From Salisapilia sapeloensis CBS 127946 (Eukaryota > Protista > Oomycota), in NCBI GenBank assembly GCA_023334545.1, contig JAADVB010000010.1, positions 89,948 through 153,947 on the forward strand: DNA of 64,000 bases, given 5' to 3'. The translations under genes were made by a program, and so were the position numbers. Shown here one piece after another: positions 23,347 to 34,303 of this stretch; position 1 is the stretch's first letter; each line of letters begins with the position of its first letter. The notes below the pieces were generated by a model. It had not been told where the DNA came from and searched no databases. It saw nothing but the letters and a program-made list of their open reading frames with translations.

Positions 23347-23767
23347 CATAGCTTGTATTTCATAAACTTAAAATCGATTTTAACCGACAATCAGATATTT
23401 TGACGTCTAACTGTCCTGCTAGTTGGCTTTGTGCTAAATTTGGAATCTCTTGGCTTTGCAGCCAAGCTGGCTTTGACCTTGGATAAATATTGCTACACTA
23501 GCGGCCAAATATGTCATGCGTAGGCGAGGTCGCACCGACAAGCTTCGCCGTATGCATGGACTATTAGAGAATTGGAAACCTAGAAAATAATGTGACTTTT
23601 GTAAAGTTTGGCTTTCTAGTCCGGATAAGACCCTTAGGTCAATTCCTCTTCAGAACTTTGAAAGCACCTGGCCAAGTGAGTTACTGAGTCGTCCTCGACA
23701 CCCTCGCATCTTATTCTACCCTCAGGCTTTCAAAATGTTCATCATTATGCAAATCGCATTCCAACTA

Positions 23768-24250
23768 GCAAGAAACCACAAGATGAAGCTTATTCGACAC
23801 GCACTTTTCGTATCTTTCGTGCTCGCGGCTTATGCCACGACTACAATCGAATCTACGAGCCTTCGACGCGTCGACGAAAGAGTAGACGATGCTGAGATGG
23901 ACAACTATGGAACTCATTTAAGACAATTGGATGAAGATGGAAGCTACTTTAGCGACGACTTGGACTCCGATGTCGAAAATGAAAATCTTACCAGCGATGA
24001 TGACTACGAATCGTATGATTCGGATGATTCCTCTTTCACCGAAATTGGAAGCAGCGTGGTTGGCGATGATGTCGAGATCGAAGTTGACAGCAAAGACGAT
24101 GAAGATGTTGAGATCGAATATGAGGAAAGCGATATCGAAGAAGAAGAGCCATTGCGTATGTTGCACACAGCGAAGGAGGAACTTGGAAGTCCGACGATGA
24201 GGAAGGCAGCTGCGAAAAATGTTCCCATTTACCTAAATTACTATGTGTAA
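23768..24250 (+). CDS. Putative secreted, highly acidic low-complexity protein
   Basis: Signal-peptide-like MKLIRHALFVSFVLAAYA, then SLRRVDER and an Asp/Glu-rich core. Start coordinate approximate (track ORF opens at 23735; MKL is about 15 codons in). Confidence 0.6.
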   Translation, partial: ARNHKMKLIRHALFVSFVLAAYATTTIESTSLRRVDERVDDAEMDNYGTHLRQLDEDGSYFSDDLDSDVENENLTSDDDYESYDSDDSSFTEIGSSVVGDDVEIEVDSKDDEDVEIEYEESDIEEEEPLRMLHTAKEELGSPTMRKAAAKNVPIYLNYYV

Positions 24251-24516
24251 CTTGAAGGTAGTTCAAGTGACGTGAGTTGTCAAGAAGATTGATGTCGAAT
24301 GTTTTGTAGCGGTGTGGACTGCATGCGTCGAGACAAAGGTGTGAATGTAAACGAAGTTTGTACTCCCAGGATTCGTTCTTGTTTGGCTTGCAATATGCTA
24401 TAAATAGTTAGATTATGTTTGGCATCTCCTTGATAATGTAGTAGGATGCGAAACCGCTAAGATTGAAATTGCCTTAAATCATCAGAGGCTGAGAAAGCTG
24501 CAAGTGGCATTTACGA

Positions 24517-25979
24517 ATGAGGACTGAAGGTGAAACTCAGCAGGTAGGAAACGAGTTCGCACCCTTTTGTGCTCCATTCACAAAGTCGAATGAAATAGCT
24601 AATCGCTCTTACTTCCTATCAGACTTGTATACCTCCAGATGATAGTGTGCAGCCCGAAGATATAAATATTGATCCGCCTGCAGTATGGTCATTCTGGTAT
24701 TCTCATTATGCTGCGCGTATCTCAATACCTCTTTGTAGACCAGAAAGCATCAAGGACGGTCCAAATTGCAAAACGTAAACACACTAGCTGCCGCGAGACG
24801 TGCATCTCTACATATTAAATCGAAAATAACGTTATAGACTCGAGATAGCGTTCCTGGTCTGGCATCGCGAATGATAGAACAAGGATATAAAGCTAAAGAA
24901 CCAGCTCCACCACATCGTTGCAATGGGAAGTCCAACCTGATTGCTCTGTTGCTAATTCTGTCCTATCTGCTTGTCGGTGTTTTCTTCTTTCACTGGATTG
25001 AGGATTGGAGCATCGTGGATAGCATCTACTTTGCAACGACTATCGTTACCACAGTCGGTTATGGAGATGTCACACCTACAACTGAGACGGGAAGAGCATT
25101 TACTATTGTCTATGCTTTCTACGGCATTGTCACAGTTGGTATTGCGCTAGGCAGAGTAGCGGACTGGTTTGTCAAGCGGCAACAAGAAATTGCGAAGAAT
25201 GCAAGAAAGAAACTTTTAAATCGTGTTGATAGTGCTGCAGCAAGCACTGGGATTGGAAAATCGATTCGAGTAAAAATGCCAAAGGCTTTAGGTAGAAAAC
25301 GATCTAGGTTGATGAAAATGAAGAAGTCGTCGGGGTTGTATCGCATAATGCACTCGACAACCATCCGAGCCATCGTCAGTGGACTCATTCCTCTGCTACT
25401 TTCGATAATCGCAGGTATGGCGTTAGGAGCTGTCGAAGGCTGGTCATTTCTAGACTGCATGTACTACACTATCATTACCATCACAACTGTGGGTTTTGGA
25501 GACGTGTCTCCAACATCTTTGCAAGGACGCATTTGTGCTATATTCTACCTTCCCTTCTCCGTCATCGCTGTGGCGCATAGCATTGGCTCTGTCATCGAAG
25601 AACTGAGCAAACGATCCGCCTTCCGAATGGTACGTCTCGTTTCCACAAGGCGTTCTCTCATATCTAATCCTGTACAATATAGAAGATAAGCATGAAAGAG
25701 CTGCTTGCTATGGACGTAGACGGTGATGGCAAAGTGTCCAAAATGGAATACCTCTGCTATATGTTGATCAAACTCGACAAAATCGAACGAGAAGACGTCG
25801 ACATGATCATGAACCAATTCGATCATTTGGATAAAGACAAGAGTGGAGAGCTTGATCATGCCGATCTCGTACGCATCGATGACGAGCTACAACAAGCACA
25901 ACACGAGGATGATGATGATGACGAAGATGAACCAATTTCTACCGCTGAAGTCGCACCATCTAGCGATAGAACCAACTAA
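24517..25979 (+). CDS. Two-pore-domain K+ channel with C-terminal EF-hands (TPK-like)
   Basis: Two pore motifs TTVGYGD and TTVGFGD with 4 TMs. A 53-nt intron (25630-25682) joins EF-hands DVDGDGKVSKME and DKDKSGELDHAD. Three small upstream exons (24517-24543, 24623-24682, 24739-24774) splice in phase to 24838 and are less certain. Confidence 0.88.
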
Positions 25980-26006
25980 AAATTATATTCGTACAAAAAC
26001 TTGCAT

Positions 26007-26804
26007 CTACTTTCGAGACGGCTTTTTCAGTGGTCTGCTGCATCCTTCACACTTAAGCGTATCCAAACCCCGCTTTTCACGACGTTCGAGACACTTGGGA
26101 TGAACGAAACTTCTGTCTTCGCAATCGCTATTGCGACAGTACATACCTTGGACTAACTCGTACTTGCAAATGGCACATTTCAGCAGATTTAGCGTTCGCA
26201 AGAACGAACTCAGCTCTAAAAACGTGCGAGGACCGACGGTCAGGAAAGAGGAGGATGTGAATAGAGCACGTGAGAGCCACTGATCGTCCACGAGACGAGC
26301 TACAAGGGTCTTGATGTCACTAATAGAAGCCGAGTCACGCAAGTTAAACAAGTCTGCTTCTTCTGCCACGCCGTCATCACTATTTTCTATGTCAATAAAA
26401 CGGTGAAGGATAGGACATTATATAATGTACCTTTCAATCATCTCCTGAATGGCTTTCCGGAGAAAGACAATTTCCCACGGTTTATAGGCACTGCTAAATT
26501 TTGTAATATCATCGTTGCTCTACAAGTACTGCCATCAGCGTATGCATAGAATCCTATTAGGTTGCTCTCGTACCGTATTCACGATACCAAAGTAGAGCAT
26601 CCCATCGTCATACACTGCTCGACGGACGTCCATGCTAAACGGACGAACCTCTTCGGAAATCCGCTTGAGCATTTGGTCCACGTCGTCCATAGCAACTTCT
26701 TCGCCTACCATCCTCGCAGCAAGTTGATGCACCTTGCGTTCCTGCATGGCTCCAGCACCCATCAGTCGCTGCAGCAGCATCTGCTCACTCGATGACAAGC
26801 CCAT
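26007..26804 (-). CDS. NSE1: Nse1 (NSMCE1) subunit of the SMC5/6 complex, multi-exon
   Basis: N-terminal winged-helix-like region (QMLLQRLM...YFGIVNT), LVDDQWL, GPRTFLEL, and C-terminal RING-like CAICKYELVQGMYC...C...VHPKC...C..C. Confidence 0.85.
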
Positions 26805-27070
26805 TGTCTACTTCTTGTCCAAGTCCATCATCCGTGTCCAGAGGTCGCTCGAAGGTCGTGCAAAAGTAGCTATTGAACTTGGACACGAAACGGCTCACTT
26901 CATCATCTCCCTCCTACTGCCTTAACCCAGCCGAACGTACTTGCGTCTTCCTATTTCGCAAAAGAATTCATTGCATTCTCCACCGACAAGATCTCTAGAC
27001 GAGACGCCGTGTGTCTAGAATTAAAAAGAAATCATCTTAAATACATATCGCACATCCTGTCAGCACGTAC

Positions 27071-28090
27071 ATGACGGACATGAACGGTCTACTTAGTGGC
27101 GTTAAACACATGGACTTGAATTCTCCCTCTCGCCGTCGAGCTCGACGCCATCGAGACAGGCGCAGTCAGAACAGCACTTCGTCGGTGGACACGCCAGGGA
27201 ACAACAGCATGCTCGACAACAACGGGAATACGCCGGACAACGTGAACAACCCGATCACAGTGTCTGCGTACGGGAGTGCCACTCTCGAAGGCATGCAAGG
27301 CCATGCGAACGAAGACCGACTGGTCATCCACTCGACAGACGACTTCCACTTGTTCGCGGCCCTCGATGGTCACGGTGGCAGTGGTGCCGCCAACTACCTC
27401 CAGGAGAAGATCTCCACTGCTGTCATGACTTCCCAAAGTAAAGGAGACATTGATTCCAGCGCACTCGCCAAGGCGCTCGTTGAACTCGACCGTGTCTTCT
27501 GTCGGAACAGCGTCCGCAACGGCTTTAATGACACCAGTGGTGTCTGCATCGCCGGTATCATCCTCTACATGGATTCGGACCGTCAGCCTCAAATCCTCGC
27601 TTTCAACGTCGGCGACTGCCGTGTCGTCGTGCATACGAGTAAGCCAGCTAAGAACTCGAAGAGAATGTCGCTAGCCGCTGGTACGACTGCTCTGACGGTG
27701 GACCACTGTGCGTCTAACTCGAAAGAAAAGGAGAGACTCGAAAGGGCTGGTGGGTACATTGAAGACGATCGTGTTGCCGGTGTCATGGAACCTTTTCGCT
27801 CGATTGGCGACGTTGACATGAAAGAAGACAGTATGCAAGGGTGGGTGATTCCGAACCCAGAGTTTAAGGAGGTGGAGCTGGACATGAGCAAACAAAATGT
27901 CTTTGTGATCGCAACGGACGGCGTCTGGGGCGTGCTGGAGAACAATGAAGCCATGCAAGTGGCTTTGAGGAAAGTGGAGGAAGGCAACTACACTGGTGAC
28001 TGTGCTCACAATGCTGCACAAGCAGTTGTGAATGCTGCCAGTGAGAATGGAAGCATTGATGACATATCGGCGGTTGTTGTTGTGCTCTAG
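27071..28090 (+). CDS. Protein phosphatase 2C (PPM family)
   Basis: NEDR, FAALDGHGG, NVGDCR, DH, GVMEPFRSIGD, IATDGVW, DDISAVVV motifs. Confidence 0.95.
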   Translation: MTDMNGLLSGVKHMDLNSPSRRRARRHRDRRSQNSTSSVDTPGNNSMLDNNGNTPDNVNNPITVSAYGSATLEGMQGHANEDRLVIHSTDDFHLFAALDGHGGSGAANYLQEKISTAVMTSQSKGDIDSSALAKALVELDRVFCRNSVRNGFNDTSGVCIAGIILYMDSDRQPQILAFNVGDCRVVVHTSKPAKNSKRMSLAAGTTALTVDHCASNSKEKERLERAGGYIEDDRVAGVMEPFRSIGDVDMKEDSMQGWVIPNPEFKEVELDMSKQNVFVIATDGVWGVLENNEAMQVALRKVEEGNYTGDCAHNAAQAVVNAASENGSIDDISAVVVVL

Positions 28091-28281
28091 TGCTGGATCC
28101 GACCACATTACTCCTTTAGCATGAACTTTGGGCAATCTCGACGCACGAACGATGACGAGTGTATACACATCAAACGTCAATCGCTCGCTCGATAACTTTA
28201 ATGTGAATTTAGCTTTTCATTGATAATCTATTTTTGTCTTATATGTTGGCTACAGATAAGCGCGTTAGGATAGTTGCTCAA

Positions 28282-29872
28282 ATGAAGAGGCGAAGACGTT
28301 CCGCGTACGTCCGTCGGTCTTCGCGAAACGGAGCTCCGACTGCAGTCGTGAAATCCCTCAGCCACCGACTTCTTCCATTGGCAATTGCGCCAGTGACTGT
28401 TAACCTGGACATGGAAATTACTGATTCTCTGCTTCAGAAACCGTATAAAAGCTTGCCCTCCATTTTAATCAACCACCGGGTATCGCAGCTAGCTTTATAT
28501 CTCTTGACCTTCTGTTAACAAAGTATCGTAGATGCAACCATCAAATGCTTCTCATACCCGATCAGACGTCGTCCTACCGACAACTACTACCCTTCTCGAT
28601 GAGCAGCATGATGATTATTCTGTTAAGGATACAGCATTAAAGCACTGTTCAAGTGCAAGCTCCTTGTCAAGCAGTCCGACCAAAATTCTCTTAGCCCCAA
28701 ATGGAGCTGCCACGGTTGCAATCTCACATCGACATCATCTGTACGAAATTCTTCAGCGATTAGCAACACTCGTGGACATCCAAGATGATGATCTTGTTAT
28801 CTTAAAGAAGTCGATTGATGCCGAAGTAGGAGATGTTATTCAAGCTCTCTTGGCACTCGAATCTGTTTCTTCGCCCCAAGTCATCATATCGGAACTGCAG
28901 GTTCTACTACGAACAGGTTCACCAGCGAAACACGTTCGAGTGGAACAGAAAACACCACTTCCGAGCCTTTTACCAGCATTGCGAGGTTCTTTTGATCCTG
29001 AATCCGTTCCGTATCCACTGCAAAAGCTCGCAAGGAACCTCCAGCCATTATTTCAAGCTATTCACAATGCATCCAGTGCTCACGACGCGCCAACGCTCTC
29101 AAATCGAGCGGAAGTGATTGTGCTCGTGTCAACTGGAGCCTACAACCCCGTCCATCTTCTGCACCTTCGAGCTTTTTACGTTGCAAGGCAATACATTGAG
29201 AGCAATAATAGTCGCATACCTGTCGTAGGTGCCTTCATCTCCCCATCTCATGACACAATGGTGCGTGTAAAGACGAAGAACATAGCAAAGGAAATGATCC
29301 CAGGGCGACATCGACTCGCACTAGTAGAGGAAGCAGTTCGGAACTCGTCGTGGATCGAAGCAGACAAGTGGGAAATTACAAGACGCCGGGTGCAAGATTA
29401 CCTTAGTCTACTTGCTCACGTTCGAGATATGTGCGAAGGCCACTTTTCTCCGATTAAATTCCGCCTCATATACGTATGTGGATGTAACACCGTTGTAAAG
29501 CTTAGTTTGAGTGCCATGAAAGAAGAGGGGTTTGGATGCATCACTGTGTGTCGACCAACGCAAACGAACCAAGTGATGAGGCACCTAGGGAAGAACGGAT
29601 CGAAGTATGTTACGGTCGTCGAAGACACTGGTGTATTGCCACAGGAATTGGAGCAAACGACGTCCAACCGTGTTCGTAAAGAGTTGAAGCAATTGTCAAG
29701 TAAAGGGAATGAAATGAATCCAAAGTTAGAGAAGATGCTAGGTCGACCTGCGTGCCAGTATTTAGTACGACACGAGATAGGGAAGAAGATAAGTGGCAAA
29801 GAGACGTGGAGTGAAAAGGATAGACAATGGAGAGTCGAAGATTTGTCTCATGTGGAGTATGCGGAGAATTGA
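28282..29872 (+). CDS. NMN/NaMN adenylyltransferase-like protein with long N-terminal extension (intron 28480-28531)
   Basis: STGAYNPVHLLH (HxxH), VVGAFISPSHD, HRLALVEEA, WIEADKWE. An upstream exon joins in phase through a 52-nt intron. Start codon uncertain (28282, 28420 or 28532). Confidence 0.78.
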
Positions 29873-31100
29873 GTATAAAAGATGGGATCAGCTCAAGTGT
29901 AGATTTACCGACATATGCACGTGGATGTTCACTGGCTTACTACGGATAAAGTTTTGTTTGCATCCCATCCCAGCGTCGACTAAGCCTAGCAATGGACATG
30001 GAACAGAGACTGTCTGTGCAACCAATAGGATGCAACCGAAAGATCTGTTGGGTAAGAGCTCAGAAACGCATTTAACCTTCTGCAATTGAGTATCGTCAGC
30101 AAAGAGCGGTGTCAACTCCAGAATAGGGTCGACACAGAAAGTATCAAGACGAGGATAGGTGGACTCGACTGCACTCACGAATGGAGTGAGGAGTCTATCC
30201 GTGAAACGACACCGTCCAAGCTTTATACTCTTGCTCATTCTCAAAGCGGCCTTATATCGTTACATCATAGCAGCAACAAAATCTAGATTGCAAGGATTGC
30301 AGGACGTTATGCACTATCAGGTACACGACGTGACTCCATCGCTTCTGCTCTTCTATCCGTTTTCAACGACTTTAGCGTAAGAAGCGAAGACCTCTCGTAA
30401 ATACATCTCATCCTCGAATGTGGCATTCATGAATGCTATATCCTCCGATATGGCTAAGTTGTCAGCATGATAAAGAAGAAGAGTCGAATAGAAATAGCAA
30501 ACGAGAGTCGAACACTCGACGTATCCCAACAATGTGCACCGAGCGAACGCAATGGTTCGCCCAGCTCTTCCCACGTCCACGCAGGAAAATCGACTTTGTG
30601 TCAATTTTGTGTTTTACATACAATGCCATAGGCTGAACTTCTTGTGCTCTACCTTGGCTCGATGCACTCTCCACTTCGATCGAATATGTCTGCCTCGGTC
30701 ATACTTGCAAGTATTTCCGGTAGACAGGTACAGATTTGAGCTGGAGCATGCTGCCAATCTGGTGGGAAGTGATCGCTTTCGATGCAGACTAACATGAGAA
30801 GAGAGACGAGTCTAGCCAAGTTTCCTACTAGATCCAGACGACTATTATGGTTTAATGTAAACATGGACATGCCAAAAGACTAGAGCCCATTGTTCATTGC
30901 CGAAAGCTAGGGTTCGATCATGCAGTAGCGTTTAGTGTTACTATAATTTTTCTAGCCTCTACAAACTACGATAGAAGAGAGACAGAGATAAAAGCAAAGA
31001 ATAAATCCGAACTGGAATAGCCCAAGTTACAATGTATTATGTAAGAGTCTCAATGTACGAAAGATGTCTATCTTATCCGTTTGGACGTCAATGGATGAAC

Positions 31101-31613
31101 TCAATAGGTGATGCTTATCCAGTTGCTCAGCATCATGTAATCCTGCACAAGTTCGTGTAGCACCAGATCAAAGTGGGGCACGTACATGGCCAGCAAGATT
31201 GTTGTTGTTAACGTCGTCATTCCCGAGACGTAGTGCCAGTATTCATGCCACTGGTCGTATCTGTCGCCTCCCGGCAGTCCACAGTAGACCCAAGTGAAGA
31301 TGCAAAGAACACCTTGTACTGCTTTCACAGCTAATAGACCGTACCACTCCATTTGATACGCATGGTAGGCCATGAAGACAAAGACGACAGCTAGGGAAGA
31401 AGAGATAATAGCATCGACGAGCAAGTATCGAGTCTCTTTGCTCCTGTGGAAGAGCGTTGAGGCGCAGGCCGCACCGATTTGGAACAGTGCACAGACATAT
31501 TGCGCACAGGCGAGAGAGACGCCTGCAGCTATGACGTAGACGAGGTTGGAAAAGAGGAGTGCATCTCCCCAATCACGCCGATTCGTCTCGAGCTTGGTCG
31601 GTGGTCGACACAT
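31101..31613 (-). CDS. Small CREST-superfamily (TMEM8/DUF3522-like) membrane protein
   Basis: LLFSNLVY at TM1, SxxxH (STLFH), conserved Asp (VDAIIS) and HxxxH (WHEYWH), with about 5-6 TM segments in 170 aa. Confidence 0.7.
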   Translation of the reverse strand: MCRPPTKLETNRRDWGDALLFSNLVYVIAAGVSLACAQYVCALFQIGAACASTLFHRSKETRYLLVDAIISSSLAVVFVFMAYHAYQMEWYGLLAVKAVQGVLCIFTWVYCGLPGGDRYDQWHEYWHYVSGMTTLTTTILLAMYVPHFDLVLHELVQDYMMLSNWISITY

Positions 31614-32020
31614 CTTTTCAAATTGTGTAAAACTGAGGAGTCTCTGGTGACTGGAAAAAAGTATGAGACACGACTAGATCAGACGGTGGTCAAAATATCA
31701 ATTCGGCGGTACTGGCTCGTTTCTTATCCCGTTTTACAAGCAAGTCATACTGTCACTAGCCAAGCGTCATCCTATTTTCATCTACATGTCTAGCATGTGA
31801 CATCCGCTCCTTCGCACAAACAACATTTCCTAGCATAAAGAACCTCTTGAAAGTCGTAAACCTAGGTTCAGAATAAACTTACCTACATTCATCAAGTTGA
31901 GGCACCTTTCTAAATTAATTTGTATCCAAGATCATTATCGTTGAAACATTTCAACCAATCCCGAATCACATTCGAGCCGCCTTCCACCACAAATCCCAGC
32001 ACGAGTGTATCCAAGCTACG

Positions 32021-34279
32021 ATGAGCAGTTCATCTCCACTACCGAGCTTTTCCTCGCTGGCAGTGTCGCCTCCACCGGCACCCACCTCTCTATCTGCTAC
32101 TGAAAAGGTCTCGGCCTTGGCCGAGATCACGAACACGACCTTGTCCGACGAGCAAAAAGCGCAATTACAAAAAATCTTTGATGAGAATGAGACGCCTATC
32201 GCGTACGATGGCGTCGAGCCTTCTGGCCGCCTCACGCTCGCGAACACGTTGCTGCGTGTCGCCAACCTCCGTCGTCTGAAGCAGTCTGGTGTCCACACTC
32301 GTCTCCTCGTTGCTGACTTCCACGCAATGTTAAACAACAAGTTCGGTGGCGACATGAAGAAGATCAACAACGTCAGCAACTACACGCTGCAGGTATGGAG
32401 CGCTGTCTTCAGCCACTTCAACGTCGAGAACGTCGAGATCCTGCTCGCTTCAGAAGCCATTGGAAACCATCCGCACGAGTACTGGTCGCGTGTATTGGAT
32501 ATTGCTGGCACCTTCTCCGTCGACCGCATCCAGCAGTGTGCTCCGATCATGGGCCGTGCCATTGATGATCCGGAAGGCAAGACCAATCGTATTCTCTACC
32601 CGCTCATGCAGGCAGCAGACAGCTTCCTCATGAAAGCCCACATTCATCAAATGGGTGCGGACCAGTCTCCAATGACCAAGCTTGTCGACGAGTACATTGC
32701 ATCCAAGCCGGACTTGGCGTCCACTGTCTCCACCCCAGTGGAAGTGGCTCACCCGCTCGTGCTTGGATTGAAGCAGGAGCAGTCGAAAATGAGCACGACC
32801 GACCCCGAGTCGGCCGTCTACATTGACGACTCGAGTGCTGAGATCAACTCGAAGATCAAGAAGGCGTACTGTGTGCCTGGTGAAGTGGATGGCAACCCTG
32901 TCCTGCAGTACATGCAGCTCCTTGTCTTCCCCTTCTACGAGAACGGCATCACCGTCTCTCGTAACGAAAAGAACGGAGGCGACTTGACCTTCAAGACCTA
33001 CTCGGAGCTCGAGACTGCCTATGCTGAAGAAAAGGTGCACCCGGCGGATCTCAAGCCTTGCTTGAGCAAGTACTTGAACGAACTGGTGGAGCCCATTCGC
33101 CAGCTCCTCAACGCTGGTGAGTTGAAAAAGCTCGTGACGAACGTCAAGAAGATCAAGACGTCTCCTCTTCCGGACGGTGACAAGCTTGCCAATCTGTCCT
33201 TTAAGCCCCTTCCGAACCCTGAGCCAGAACGTACCTTCCGTCCGTCTGCACTCGAAACTCTGGATGAACGCTACAAGATCAGTCGTAGTGTCGGAGAAGA
33301 GTGTATTCAAGACCAAGAGCTACATGGATGTTTGGAAAAGAAGACTCATCCGATCGTCTACGACGGCTTCGAACCGTCCGGTCGTATGCACATTGCCCAA
33401 GGCGTCCTCCGCACCATCAACGTGAACAAACTGACGTCTGCTGGAGCAATCTTCCGCTTCTGGGTCGCCGACTGGTTCGCGATGCTCAACAGCAAGATGG
33501 GCGGAGACCTAGGCAAGATCCAGACTGTCGGCAAGTATCTCGTGGAGATCTGGAAGTCGGCTGGGATGGACATGACCAACGTCCAGTTCCTATGGGCGTC
33601 AGAAGAGATTCTCAAGCACGCCAACGACTACTGGATGCGTGTCATGGACATTGCTCGTCGCGTCACGATCGCCCGGACGACCAAGTGCTGTACTATCATG
33701 GGTCGAAAGGAGAAGAGCGATATGCCGGCGGCGCAGATCGTGTACCCTCTGATGCAGTGCACAGACGTCTTCTTCCTCCAGGCAGACGTTTGCCAGCTCG
33801 GGATCGACCAGCGGAAGATCAATATGCTCGCGAGAGACTACTGTGACCTAGCGAAGATCAAGTTCAAGCCAGTCGTCTTGAGCCACCACATGCTCATGGG
33901 ACTCAAGGAAGGACAGGAGAAAATGTCCAAGAGCGACCCAGAGTCGGCGATCTTCATGGAAGACTCGGCAGAAGACGTTACACGCAAGATCGCCAACGCG
34001 TTCTGTCCGGAGAAGACTGTTGAGAAGAATCCAATCCTGGACTACCTCAACTATCTCATTTTCAACCGCTTCGGCAGTGTCCAAGTCGCTGGTAAGACGT
34101 ACGACAGCTACGAAACGTTTGAGAAGGAGTACGCGGACGGCCAAGTGAGCAGCGCACAAGCCAAAGAAGCACTGACGCTCAGCCTGAACCGTATTCTCGA
34201 CCCTGTTCGTGAACACTTTTCGCAGGGGGAAGCCAAGGAGCTGTTGGAGCAAGTTCGTGCTTTCCGAATCACTCGCTAA
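32021..34279 (+). CDS. YARS1: Tyrosyl-tRNA synthetase, cytosolic type, double-length (two fused TyrRS units)
   Basis: Unit 1: YDGVEPSGRLTLAN, YPLMQAAD, KMSTT, HPADLK. Unit 2: YDGFEPSGRMHIAQG, YPLMQCTD, KMSKSDP. Confidence 0.95.
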   Translation: MSSSSPLPSFSSLAVSPPPAPTSLSATEKVSALAEITNTTLSDEQKAQLQKIFDENETPIAYDGVEPSGRLTLANTLLRVANLRRLKQSGVHTRLLVADFHAMLNNKFGGDMKKINNVSNYTLQVWSAVFSHFNVENVEILLASEAIGNHPHEYWSRVLDIAGTFSVDRIQQCAPIMGRAIDDPEGKTNRILYPLMQAADSFLMKAHIHQMGADQSPMTKLVDEYIASKPDLASTVSTPVEVAHPLVLGLKQEQSKMSTTDPESAVYIDDSSAEINSKIKKAYCVPGEVDGNPVLQYMQLLVFPFYENGITVSRNEKNGGDLTFKTYSELETAYAEEKVHPADLKPCLSKYLNELVEPIRQLLNAGELKKLVTNVKKIKTSPLPDGDKLANLSFKPLPNPEPERTFRPSALETLDERYKISRSVGEECIQDQELHGCLEKKTHPIVYDGFEPSGRMHIAQGVLRTINVNKLTSAGAIFRFWVADWFAMLNSKMGGDLGKIQTVGKYLVEIWKSAGMDMTNVQFLWASEEILKHANDYWMRVMDIARRVTIARTTKCCTIMGRKEKSDMPAAQIVYPLMQCTDVFFLQADVCQLGIDQRKINMLARDYCDLAKIKFKPVVLSHHMLMGLKEGQEKMSKSDPESAIFMEDSAEDVTRKIANAFCPEKTVEKNPILDYLNYLIFNRFGSVQVAGKTYDSYETFEKEYADGQVSSAQAKEALTLSLNRILDPVREHFSQGEAKELLEQVRAFRITR

Positions 34280-34303
34280 CAAGGAACATGAACCCTGTCT
34301 TTT

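Noticed and set aside
26994-27019. Short inverted repeat TCTAGAC...GTCTAGA between NSE1 and PP2C
   Set aside because: A 7-bp stem is expected by chance in 64 kb; no target-site duplication or second copy seen
27089-28180. Several antisense ORFs over the PP2C gene
   Set aside because: Codon-bias shadows of a well-supported sense gene
32450-33316. 288-aa antisense ORF inside TyrRS (tempting sense/antisense aaRS coding)
   Set aside because: Explained by the strong C/G third-position bias of the sense gene; no class II aaRS motifs in the translation
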